This document shows positions 24,790 to 35,906 of a DNA stretch of 64,000 bases, one piece after another; position 1 is the first letter of the stretch; each line of letters begins with the position of its first letter. The notes under the pieces are model-generated. The model saw nothing but the letters and a program-made list of their open reading frames with translations, ran no database searches and had not been told where the DNA came from. A program made the position numbers and the translations under genes. Origin of the DNA: Tubulanus polymorphus (Eukaryota; Animalia; Nemertea); contig NC_134027.1 of assembly GCF_964204645.1 (NCBI RefSeq), positions 18,748,560 through 18,812,559 on the forward strand, given 5' to 3'.

Positions 24790-26827
24790 ATTCTTGGGAC
24801 CAGTGGGAGGTTGTCTGCAGCAGGCAGCAACCCACTGGTCCGACCTCTTTGGAGACGGTTGGCCCTCCCGGGTCGTCTCTCGGGGCTACCGTCTCCGTTT
24901 CCTAAGGCGACCGCGCCTGATGAGGTCACCTCCCGACATGCGGCCAAAACCAGGTCAGGAGGCCTTAATCTCTCCGGCTCTCAAGGAACTGGCAGAGAAG
25001 GGAGCGATAGAACCAGTTTGCAACGAAACTTCTCCCGGCTGGTTTTCTCGAATATTCATGGTACCAAAGGCCACAGGGGGTCAACGGACAGTGATAGATC
25101 TGTCATCCCTCAATCGGCACCTAGACATTCCAAGGTTCCGGATGACCAAGCCCAAGGACGTGATTCAAGGGCTCCGTCCGGGTCAATGGGCGGCTTCATT
25201 GGACCTGAAAGATGCTTACTTTCAGGTTCCAATTCACCCAAAATCTCGGCGATTTCTCAGGATAAAGTGGAAAGGCCGCCAGTTCCAATTCAGGTCTCTT
25301 CCATTTGGCCTCAGTACGGCCCCGTGGGTTTTCACCAAGTTGGTCAAGTCAGTTCAGAAGGTACTTCAGTCAAGGGGTGTTCGACTGTTCGTTTACCTCG
25401 ACGACTGGTTAATAGTCGCGAATTCGGCTCAGGAATGTCGGGAGGCAATGACCTCAGTCTTGGACTTAGTCCATCAGCTAGGGTTCCGCGTAAACAGGGA
25501 AAAATCTCAGTTGACGCCGGCCCAACAGTTCACTTATCTCGGCATGGACTTCGATCTCCGAATCGGCAAAGTCTTTCCGTCTATGGTTCGAGTGGCCAAA
25601 CTTCAAGAAGCTGTAGCGGGAGTGTCCACAACCCCGAGAACAGCTCGTTACTGGTCACGGCTTCTAGGCTCCATCAGCTCCATGGGTCTGGTGGTGCCCT
25701 TAGGCCGCCTCAGAAGCAGGCGCTTGCAACAATATTGGAAGGTCTTCTGGTCTCAGTCGAAGGGCAACTGGGAGGCCTTGATTCCCGTACCTCCAACCGA
25801 TCTAAGTCCGGATCTTCAGTGGTGGGCGGCCACTACGAATCTTCGGCTCGGGGTGTCACTAGCCCCGTTAGAGGCTCCAGTTCGTGTATTCACGGATGCC
25901 AGTCACCAAGGTTGGGGGGCACATCTGGAGAACCGAGTCAAAGCCGGGAAATGGTCTCGCTACGAGGCCACCAACCACATAAATTTCCTAGAAATGCTGG
26001 CCGTGTGGAAGGCCCTGAAGTTCTTTCACAGGAGAGTGGAGGGCCACCACGTTTGGTTAGCCACAGACAATTCAACAGTGAGGGCTTACCTTCAGAACCA
26101 AGGGGGCACTCACTCAGAAACCCTCACAGGTCTGTCGACCAAAATTCTTCTTTGGTGCCAGACAAAGGGCGTGTCCCTGACTGTGGCACATTTAGCAGGG
26201 AAAAGGAACGTGATGGCCGATGCTCTGTCTCGTCGAGGTCAGGCTATTGCGACAGAATGGGTTCTCCACCAAGAAGTAGCCGATCGGGTTCGGGGCATTT
26301 TTGGCAATCCGCTGCTGGATCTGTTTGCCACCCGGTTCAATCGGAGGTGTCCTCTGTTTGTGTCCCCGTTTCCAGACGCGGAAGCGTGGGGGGTCGATGC
26401 CTTCTCTCTGGACTGGTCGGGGATGCATGCGTATGCGTTCCCGCCCACACCAGTCCTGCCGCGCTTACTGGATCAAATAGAGAGATCAGTCAATTGCAAC
26501 ATAGTTCTGGTAGCACCATGTTGGCCGGCTCAGAAATGGTTCCTACCACTTCTCAACCTACTGTGCGACAACCCCAGGATTCTTCCGAATTTCCCATCGC
26601 TTCTGTCTCAGGGGATCTTTCGGCATCATCCAAACAGCCAGTGGTTAAATCTGCTCGCCTGGCCATTGTCCAGCGATCCTTGTCAGCTTCAGGCTTTTCA
26701 GAACAGGCTGCCTCCTTTATCGCAGGATCTAAGCGGCCGTCAACAAGTACCATTTACGATGCCAAATGGAGTCATTTTGCGGATTGGTGTGCTGCAGGGG
26801 AAATTGATCCATGCTCACCCTCTGTAG
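24656..26827 (+). CDS. DIRS RT / RNase H / MT-like protein, copy 2 (723 aa)
   Basis: Same motifs as copy 1; visible differences LSAK>LSTK and MPSG>MPNG. Confidence 0.96.
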   Translation: MPVGELARNFNNRVKPRPVVTVPVRIEARGRLQKGALPFGKTRNEFLGPVGGCLQQAATHWSDLFGDGWPSRVVSRGYRLRFLRRPRLMRSPPDMRPKPGQEALISPALKELAEKGAIEPVCNETSPGWFSRIFMVPKATGGQRTVIDLSSLNRHLDIPRFRMTKPKDVIQGLRPGQWAASLDLKDAYFQVPIHPKSRRFLRIKWKGRQFQFRSLPFGLSTAPWVFTKLVKSVQKVLQSRGVRLFVYLDDWLIVANSAQECREAMTSVLDLVHQLGFRVNREKSQLTPAQQFTYLGMDFDLRIGKVFPSMVRVAKLQEAVAGVSTTPRTARYWSRLLGSISSMGLVVPLGRLRSRRLQQYWKVFWSQSKGNWEALIPVPPTDLSPDLQWWAATTNLRLGVSLAPLEAPVRVFTDASHQGWGAHLENRVKAGKWSRYEATNHINFLEMLAVWKALKFFHRRVEGHHVWLATDNSTVRAYLQNQGGTHSETLTGLSTKILLWCQTKGVSLTVAHLAGKRNVMADALSRRGQAIATEWVLHQEVADRVRGIFGNPLLDLFATRFNRRCPLFVSPFPDAEAWGVDAFSLDWSGMHAYAFPPTPVLPRLLDQIERSVNCNIVLVAPCWPAQKWFLPLLNLLCDNPRILPNFPSLLSQGIFRHHPNSQWLNLLAWPLSSDPCQLQAFQNRLPPLSQDLSGRQQVPFTMPNGVILRIGVLQGKLIHAHPL

Positions 26828-27738
26828 CTCAATTGGCAGATTTTTTACTGCACCTATTTGTAGCAAAAGGTTTACAGGTCATAACTATTAAAGGTTACCG
26901 CTCCGCGATTTCTCATACATTGCGTGCTTCTGGATGGCCAAATGTAGCAGGGGATCATCGGATATCCCAGCTGGTTGCTGGGTTTTCTATTTCCCGGCCT
27001 CGGGTAACAAGGACAGTTCCACCATGGGATCTGTCTGTAATTTTGAAGAAGTTAATGGAGGCTCCATTTGAACCTCTTTCGGCAGCGTCTTTTGCAAATT
27101 TGTCAAAAAAGACTGTATTTTTGCTGTTCTTGGCTTGCTCGGCCCGTCGCTCTGAGATTCATGCGCTTTCAGTCCGACCAGGTCACATTGTCTTTGGGCC
27201 AGCGAATGAATTTGTTTCGCTGCGGCCTGCTTTGGAATTTTTGGCAAAGAACCAACGACCAGGCTCGGTTGGGCGTCAATGGCGAATTGAAGCCCTAAAA
27301 CATTGAGTGGAACCGGGCATCCCGGACAGGACTTTATGTCCTGTGCGGGCGTTGTGTTTCTATTTAGATCGCTCTGCTTCACGGAGGGGTTCACGGGAGC
27401 GGTTATTTATTCCGCTGCTGGATCACCTAAAGGGTGATATTTCGCGGGACACAGTAGCCCGATGGGTCTCTTCAATGATCAAGGACATTTTATTGAAGGA
27501 GAATCTTTCCTCGGAGGGAGTCGTTTCTCATCAAGTGAGGTCTATGGCTACTTCCTGCGCAGCCTTTTCGGGTGCTCCGTTGGAGGAAGTCTGTCGGGCC
27601 GCCTTTTGGAATTCACCGTCGACATTCACGTCATTTTATTTACGGGATGTTTCAGGCCAGTTAGGCTCATTAGCTTCACTTGGTCCTGTTGTCATGGCTC
27701 AAGGTGTCCGTTCTTTCCGATCGGACCCTTTAGTGTAG
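24811..27738 (+). pseudogene. DIRS tyrosine recombinase, copy 2, with a nonsense mutation
   Basis: CGA>TGA at 27304-27306 (copy 1 has Arg), upstream of the HxxR and Tyr catalytic motifs. Confidence 0.9.
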
Positions 27739-27998
27739 AATATTTATGTAGCATTATCAGGATCACAGGGGGTGTATCCTTGTACATAGTTTGGGCTCAT
27801 ATCTGCAAGTATTAATTTCGCAAAATTCTGGGGGGGGGCCCCTGAGCTGGACGGACTCACTGTGGCCAACCGGTCTTCCCTGTGCTACAGTGCTCCATTC
27901 CGTGCTTGGGTAAGTGCTCTCTTTTTCCCTCTTACCTTGCGTTTGAGCGGTGGTTTTTCTATCTACCTTTCCCACCATCCTTGTGCTAGGCTAGTCTA

Positions 27999-28095
27999 GC
28001 AAAAACCATAGGAAAGGGTACAGTACTCGATGGAAATATTACAATTTTTGGAACTAAAATTTGTATTTCCGAGTAGTACTTACCCTTTCCTATGG
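27999..28095. repeat. DIRS internal complementary region (ICR), copy 2
   Basis: ...CTCGATGGAAAT-ATTA-CAATTTTTGGAAC..., complementary to both termini. Confidence 0.93.
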
Positions 28096-28315
28096 TGGGA
28101 ATCCCGCCCACCTGCCCCGCATAGCTGTTTTTTTTTTGGTCTGCTATGACGAAAAAAGATGGCGGATTTCGCCGGTGGCTAAATGCAATACCGCAGGGCC
28201 GGGTCGTATAGAAAAACCATTGGCGATAAATCCAAATTTAGAAAATATTGGCAAAAACCATAGGAAAGGGTAAGTACTACTCGGAAATACAAATTTTAGT
28301 TCCAAAAATTGTAAT

Positions 28316-28936
28316 TCTTCTTTACGCCAGTTTTTATGTTTAATTGTTTCATAATGCTTTGATTTATGTGATTTTAAATATTTACCTCCGCAATAACAAT
28401 GCACTTTTTCATTAGGATTGAATTTTCTAAATTCATCATCTAAATTACATTGAACTGCAATATCTTTAAATGATTTTTCATTATCTAATTCACATTGAAT
28501 TCCAATATTTGATGAATTTTCATTATAGATAATTTGTTTATTATCAAAATTGAAATAATATAATTGTCTTTTTTCAATTCTTAAGTTAATCAAATCATTG
28601 TAATCTTTTGAAAGTATTATATCATCATTTCTTTCATTGAAAGGAGTTTTAAGAATATTAATTATGTTTTCATCTAAAGTTCCTTTAAAATTTATAACTG
28701 TATTTAATATTTTAGGATTTTTAACGCCATTATCAAAAGTATCTACTAGTTCAGTAATTAAATATGTTTCATTTGATGATATTTGATTAATCATAGTAAT
28801 CTTATCAATTTTATAATACCTTGCGGACACTAAATTTGTTGCTGAGATATAATTTTTAATGTTAAACTATGAAAATAATTTATTGGTTTCTTTTATTTCG
28901 ATTTTAAAGTTGGGTTCTTCTTCTTCTGTCTTCATT
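28316..28936 (-). pseudogene. Host-element ORF (~210 aa) with twin (I/V)QC motifs and a C-terminal CxC..H..H zinc-finger-like motif; right-arm copy
   Basis: MKTEEEEPNFKIEIK...CYCGGKYLKSHKSKHYETIKH. This copy has a CAG>TAG stop near 28868 and DIRS copy 2 at its 3' end. The left-arm copy (12966-13051 + 19161-19696) is split by DIRS copy 1 and has an extra T near 19321. Confidence 0.65.
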
Positions 28937-31136
28937 TTAATAACAAAACTTTTATTAAAATGAATCCAACACATATAAATATTCAATGATTTATGAATTA
29001 TTTCACTCACACTTTACTCACACTTTTAATGTTTAAAAATCTAACTCATACAAATATTTTTACTCGAAATATGTTTAAAATATAAACTATTTCACTCACA
29101 CTTTACTCACACTTTCTTCTAGTGAGTAGAAAATGAAAAATAAATTCGAGCGTGTGAGAATTTATTTTTCATTTTTATGAGTTTTGCGAGTAATTCAAGT
29201 AGAAATTGTTATTATTTTTATGTTTTTTCATTTTTTACGAGCTCGACCGTTCGACCTTTGGCTTGAAAGCCTATTATCCCTATTACTGACGTTCCCAGCA
29301 CAAAACAAGGAATTTAAGACCGCCACGGTACCGACCCTTGGTGCAAAGTGCCCATTCCCACCAAGAGATGTCTGTAGTCATCCGCATATTAACTCTCAAG
29401 TTCCCCAAAAGCTAATCATAATTGGGTTTTCTGTTTTAGGGTTTTCTGTTTCTTCACAGAAAACTAAGGGTCACAGGAAACCCTATTGATAATGAATTTC
29501 GTCTACTTAAAAAGCAACTGCATTCATGGCACCTGGGTGGCCACAACCCATTAACTGTGGTTACGCCATCTGGTGTGCAAATATCCCATTACCATCCTGG
29601 ATAAAAAATGTATTGATGTGTACTAACTGAATATACCTTGAGTTAAATCTAGTTGGCCACCTGGGTCAGATAACATACGTCTATGGCCTGTACTAATACT
29701 GACGGATGTACGCGGTTCCGATTCATGTAGGTTATCGGTTTGATGTTCCAGCAATTCAGCTTCCAGAAGTCTGCTATTTTCAGCCGATGATCCTCTGTAA
29801 CTTACACTACCAAACGGGGTTGAATCTAGAATACATAATCAGACAGGGATGAAAACGGAGCAGTTTGAAAAACGCGGAAATAAGTAAAACTATTAGGCAA
29901 ACTGCAAACAGCAGTTGCTAGTATTTTGAAATTTCGAGGGGTTTTTGGTGCATCTGAGGCCCATTTTTCAGCATTGACTAATGACAAAATAAGACAGCTG
30001 TTGTTCATGTTGTTTGTTGTTTATCTCTGGAGTCAATGAAAAGGATGGCTGTGACAATATCCAAATGTTAGGTACATATAGTAATACCAGTTAGGTACAA
30101 ATCCCTAGCTGCATGTTTTAGATATTATTAGGGTTTTCTGACTTTCGTCGAAAACCCTCTTGAAATTCTGTTGATTATTATTATTATTATATATTTTCCG
30201 CCGATTTCGTCAAATAAAATTCATCTTCATTCAGATTCGGCAACTGACAGCTTCGAAACGAAATGTATAAATTGATACTGTAATAACGGTCTCTCTGAAC
30301 CAACAGATTGTCTGAATGTACTTTCCATCCTATTTGAAACTTAAAATTACTTATTAGGTTACTGTAAATAAAGAATTGAATTGAATTGTTAGACAACAAG
30401 CACCGGCGAAATAACAGTTTGTGACGTCATTTAGTAAGTAAATAAAGGAGGGCTCCGAGTATTTCCAAATCACGGGGGACTATACTGGGGTTAGACCATT
30501 CAACCAAAAAGAGGATTGCTCCGATAATATCCAAATCATCTCATTTTATTTTTTCCATCGAATACCCGGTAATTAATTTTTCCTTTCGATCACATGCATC
30601 CAGAAAACCCGTTATTGCTGCTTTGCAGCTATATTTATAGTGGTAATTCTCTTAAATTCCTTGTTGAATGAACGTGACCGCAAAGTCTTAATATAAATTT
30701 CCCTCGTAGTGCTATAATATACAATTATTGATTTGTTGAAACATGTGCTGAGGGGTGGCCTTTCAGTGCTGGCTTATTAATACCCTATAATGCTGAAGAT
30801 AATTTGAAAATTCTGAAAAATTCCACCCTAGTGTGTTGAATAACAGGAATACCACTATAGTGCGTCTACACCCTGGCGCGGTATATCGTTAGTTACTAAT
30901 CTTTCACTATATTTGACAGGTGCTGCCATCTTTCAAGAGAGATAATTAGTAATTACTACATAAATCAATACACTGCAGTGGGGTGTACTAGCAAAATCCA
31001 TCACTGATTCGTATACCACATTGCGGTGTAGATGCACTGAAAGGGTTAAAGACGATTCTTCGCAACGATGTTGTATATGAGAGATCTAGAGATCGTAGCA
31101 CCAGTTTTATAAGACGCTTTTACGGTCTGTTCATTA

Positions 31137-31326
31137 GGCTAAAAAAAATTGATACCTTGTTTCTCCGTTCTGCTGAGCTTAAAAGTTGAACCGGTGGGCT
31201 GCCTATCTACCCTATACATTACTTCTTTTAAAATCGTGATCAATGAACTGTTTTAAAAAATTTTATCATATTTTACAAAAAGGAACCGGCCGCTGCGGAG
31301 AAACAAGGTATCCTTTTTGTTTAGCC
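31137..31326. mobile_element. PIF/Harbinger-like MITE
   Basis: TIR GGCTAAA..GATACCTTGTTTCTCCG / CGGAGAAACAAGGTATC..TTTAGCC; TTA on both sides. Confidence 0.7.
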
Positions 31327-34211
31327 TTAAGTATGCTATGATCTCAACTCACAACTTTTCCTCAAAACTATAACCACCCCCACCCAGTTTCTCAACGGAT
31401 CTACATGAATCACAAGAATGATAACTAGAAAGAAACTTTTTAATAGGTCGACGACGGAGAATAGAAATTAAAACTCATACTCAGGGTGAAGACGAGTAAG
31501 GTTGGTTGGTAAGGCAAACACTGTAGTGCTTTTCAAAACACCTTTGCAAATCAGGTCCAAACTAAGTTCTGACTGTTAGACAAGAGTTAAGAGTCAACAT
31601 ATAATGCAAATTTAAGGTATTACAGAGATCTAAGGCAAAACGGAGCCAAGAACCCATGACAGAGGCCAATGACCATCGATCCATGGGGTATAAGCTTCAC
31701 ATCCATGTGTTAACACGGTTGTTTTGAAGCTGTGCACAGACTGAACCAAAGGGGAACTGCTAGCTGTACCCTTAGGGCATGGAGCTAGTCTAACAATCGA
31801 CCAAGTGGAACAGAATCGGCAGTCTCATTTGAATTCTTGAATGATATCTTAGAAAGATTGATAATTGACTTGACAAATGTATGATAGATCCAGGAGAATG
31901 ATACAAAACAACTACGATAAGGGCGTAGGCCGGTTTGACAAGTTAGTTACCTAATCGTTGGTGGTTAAAGATCGGATGGGGTATACTTGTGAAAATATCC
32001 GAATGTGAAACTAAACCAGCCACAGTCGAGGTTAAAACTTCTTACTGACAAAATTAAGTTTACTGACTCAAAGGTGTTTAATGGTTTCACAATTAATAGG
32101 ATAATTTCTTATAGTATAAGTCATGAGTAATCATTTCTTCTGCTAATTCAAGACCTTTTTGACAAAACGAGTGTGTGGAGTGTGTAGCCTACGCGCAACC
32201 CGCTCCATAGCGCGCATTATCTATTACTGATACATACAGTAACGCCGCGTGTATAAGGTGATATTGCCGACGGGACAGTAACTAATGTTATCGAGACGTG
32301 CTCTCATCACCGTGCTGCAAACTAAATACACACAATCGGGCTCTAAAAACCGATCGCTGACGCGAAAGTCCAAAAGAATTGATGACGATTAATCATTTTA
32401 CTTAGTAAAAGTAAGAAAGTTTTCAGCGTTGCTCGACGAACTGCGATCTGTAAAAACTATACTGTGCACTAGACTGTGTTATTAGACTTTTAGAGCGCGC
32501 GTGAACACCGAGTATCGATTCAACACAGCAGCTAATGTTGAATCTATGTAGCACATGTACTCGCCCATAGTCCATATCACCGATGTGTAAACATTCAATT
32601 AATCCGTTGACATACACACCAAGAAAATACTGAACTTGCGGGCAATAAACGGTAATAAATTTCCCGATATCTATATATGGAACTAAACAACTAAATCAGA
32701 GAATAGGCCTATGTAAAGTGCAATTTCAAAAATGTATGCGTGGCACTATTTTAAGCGCGGACTAATACAGGTTAACTTCTAGACAAGGGCGGCGCTACTT
32801 TTGAGTTTCAATTTTTTTATTTCGGCAGTATTTAATTATCCAAGTAACAAAAATTCACCATATACGAACTCAACCTTCTGCGTTCAATATTTAAGCGACT
32901 GTGAAAGTTTCAGACGCGTACGTGGCATTAAATGGACAAAATCGTTTGACGTGACGGATTTCCCGATAACAATAGGAAGACGTGTACTACGTACCATCAT
33001 CCTAAAAATAGATATCCAACCACGGATTCATAGGCGTCGCCAGGGGGGTTCGGGTGGTGCGAACAAACTCCCTTTTTTCGACTAGGTATCTTCATTTTTT
33101 ACTACATAGTTTTGTAAACAGCTTAATACTATTTGTAAAGATATACATATTAAATAAAACAAACATGCAATCGTTGTCATTTTTTTCTCCGGTTCTAGTG
33201 TTTTTTCCACAAGGTAATCACTCAAGGTAGTGGGAAAATGCTTTAAATCGCTAATTTTCAAAATTTTCTTTAGGGGAGGACCACCAAACCCGTAAAATGG
33301 GATATCTGATTGGCTAATAATGACATCATCTAAGCTGTGCATGTAACAACGCACTCGGTCTAGTGTGGCAGGGTTTCATACCGTAGCAATCTCAATGCCA
33401 TCAGATTCGAATCCCTGTTGGAGGGGGAGGATGTAGCAAAATAAAAATATTCATGTAATTATATATTTATTGGATACAATTCAACAAGGATTTTGGAAAA
33501 AGTTGAGATTCTTCTGAGAAATTTCCCAGTTTTACCAGGTTATTCTTATCTATTGGACAAACCAGGAATTAATTTTTATGCTAGTACTCAATCCGAGTGT
33601 GCACAGGCCAGTTCAGAGCCAATACAGGCTAAAGAAGCACTAAAATATTAACACGTTTGCTGCCGATGACAAGATAAATTGTCATGGTAGGTGTACCGCA
33701 GTTTGCCATAACAAGTTATATGGTCATTGATTCAACATCATTTTATAGAGCGTTACAGAGACGAGAAATCGGCAAAATATCGTCTAACAGTATGGAGAGA
33801 CAAAGATACTATTTGTGGAGGTAACTCAACTCTGGTGCACACTTGAAATTTTTCAAATAAAAATCTTCAGAAAAGCTAAGAATTTCAGCTTCTTTTAGGG
33901 CGAAAATTTAGAGAGAATATAGCAATTAAAATCATTCTATATCATTTTTACAACGAAACTTTTAATCTCTTTAGTTTTAGAGTTCTATTTGGTTTGTCAC
34001 ACTTTTTACTGGCAATGGGGACAGGAAAAAATAGAGAATCTCTTCACCATTGCCAGTGACGAGTTATCTTGTCATTGGTTTTTTAATAATAAAATAGATC
34101 AGTGTATTGATTTATCAATGTACAAATAGTGTTGGCAGCATTTAAATCGTATAATGTAAAAAATTAGCATCGGCAATGGCGACTTCACTTTAACCACTAG
34201 GAAGCAGCGAG

Positions 34212-34682
34212 CTTGTTAACTTGAAAATCGGAAAGTGAAAAGTTGCAATTTTCGACGCAAATCGATATGAGAAAAATCTCCACGTACGAAATTTGCTATG
34301 GCAAACTGGTAAAGGGCAAATGCCATCAAAATTGAACTTTCCGTGATTACCTAACCAGAAGAAACTTAAGTATATTTAACGGCCTGAGATTTGTCTATCG
34401 AGAATAAGTATCTCTAATTAGACGTAAATTAGTCATTTATTGATCCTTGTTAACTTGAAAATCGGAAAGTGAAAAGTTGCAATTTTCGACGCAAATCCAC
34501 ATGAGAAAAATCTCCACGTACGAAATTTGCTATGGCAAACTGGTAAAGGGCAAATGCCATCAAAATTGAACTTTCCGTGATTATCTAACCAGAAGAAACT
34601 TAAGTATATTTAACGGCCTGAGATTTGTCTATCGAGAATAAGTATCTCTAATAAGACGTAAATTAATCATTTATTGATCCTT
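34212..34682. repeat. Tandem duplication, 2 x 234 bp
   Basis: CTTGTTAACTTGAAAATCGG at 34212 and 34446; units near identical. Confidence 0.92.
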
Positions 34683-35033
34683 CACTTTGTGCGTATAGTT
34701 GACATACAACATGGAAATCCTGGCGAAGCATTTCCTGGAAAATAGGCCTGGCAGGCAAAGAGTTAATTATATGCATTTTCAGAGCACATGAAGCCTTCCA
34801 TGGCAAAAAGTGGGAGCACTGAAACAATGAGAAAACAAGAGCACCAGGGGCCAAAAGGGCTAGCTTGTTTGCATCCACCTTTTTTCAGCTATATGTGACA
34901 CTTTAAGCCTCAATCTTATTCATGCAAATTATTCACACGGTGCAATTTAGTTCATGGACAGGTAGTTGGCAAGAAAAATGTAATTAGTGTAATGTAATGC
35001 AATTTATGTAGTCAGATTAGTATGATTACATAC

Positions 35034-35106
35034 CATCAGTTCTGGACTTTCCTGCACTATTGCTCTGTTGTAGTACTCTACCACTGAGTCTTCCAGTTGG
35101 AATACC
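35034..35106 (-). CDS. CFAP20DC: CFAP20DC-like exon (GIPTGRLSGRVLQQSNSAGKSRTD)
   Basis: aaatag|...|gtatgt, 73 nt, phase 0/1, compatible with the exon ending at 10126. Confidence 0.75.
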
Positions 35107-35180
35107 CTATTTTAACAACAATAATTGAATAATCAATAAATAGCTCAAACAAGTTTTCTTCATGTAGGTTTGAGTCTTAC

Positions 35181-35293
35181 CTCTTTTGAATTGTGTTTTC
35201 TATGAGTAGGTGCAGATGGAACTGGAGCTGGGACCTTTGAACCAAAGGCAATACGGAACCCATCCAACGTTGAATTCTTTCGACTGCTGGAGT
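35181..35293 (-). CDS. CFAP20DC: CFAP20DC-like exon (DSSSRKNSTLDGFRIAFGSKVPAPVPSAPTHRKHNSKE)
   Basis: catttctag|...|gtaaga, 113 nt, phase 1/0. IAFGSKV motif. Confidence 0.85.
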
Positions 35294-35906
35294 CTAGAAA
35301 TGAGAAACATATCTTATATGCAACATTATATAAACAATATTGATCACACGGTTAACTCCCTCAATAGAATTTGTGGTACACCCAATAGTTGCAGAATTCA
35401 AATAGGCTTGGAAGATGAATTTCATATTAGGAACATGATTTTTCAAAATTATCAGGATCATCTAACCTCCCACTATTTTGATTTTTACTCGGAGACTGGT
35501 GTTTTTCAGATACCTCTGAACCCTAACAAAGTTCCTGAACCTGACCCCATCCCTATCTGAAGCCTTGTCCAGGGCAATGAAAAACGATGAAACAATAGCC
35601 CCGAACACACAAGCATTTTTGGAACGTGCCAAATTTGGCCCGGAACAACTGTTCACATGGGTTTTAAATTGGCACGGATCAGGCTCGGGCCAATTTGGAA
35701 CCCGTGCCAAATCGTTTCGGTGTGATCGCGGCTAATAGCTCATTAGCTAGTTATGTTTATAGCAAAACATAATGCAATGAACTGGCAGTACTGATGGGAG
35801 CGGGAAGACCAAAATGATCTTCTGTATGGTGAAAGGGATGGAGAAGTACATATGTTACCTTTAATGTATTTTTGTATTAAAAAATTGGTATATAGGTTAC
35901 ACAGTA

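Larger units (their letters stand above)
22212..28315 (+). mobile_element. DIRS1-type tyrosine-recombinase retrotransposon, copy 2
   Basis: ITRs 22212-22351 and 28151-28315, ICR 27999-28095, same ORFs as copy 1 with only scattered substitutions. Confidence 0.97.
12614..29287. mobile_element. Non-autonomous fold-back Polinton/Maverick-like element (~4.4 kb of its own sequence) carrying two nested DIRS elements
   Basis: Termini AGTAATAGGGATAATAGG.../...CCTATTATCCCTATTACT; direct repeat GACGTT at 12608-12613 and 29288-29293. Left arm (12614-13047 + 19161-20793) is the reverse complement of the right arm (21099-22211 + 28316-29287); 305-bp spacer at 20794-21098. AG...CT ends with a 6-bp TSD are established Polinton hallmarks. 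Confidence 0.8.

Noticed and set aside
28144-28830. 228-aa ORF (and 19042-19326) as genuine genes
   Set aside because: These are chimeric read-throughs across DIRS/host junctions; only the host-derived parts are meaningful.
12614-29287. Assembly artefact or simple inverted segmental duplication
   Set aside because: The flanks are not inverted, there is an exact 6-bp TSD, the DIRS copies occupy different sites, and both arms and DIRS copies carry distinct substitutions and indels.
33652-34215. Second TTAA-flanked piggyBac-like MITE
   Set aside because: The candidate TIRs (CACGTTTGCTGC / GCAGCGAGCTTG) have 3 mismatches in 12 bp, too weak to call.
35210-35560. 116-aa + strand ORF
   Set aside because: Antisense to a CFAP20DC-like exon and intron; no motif.
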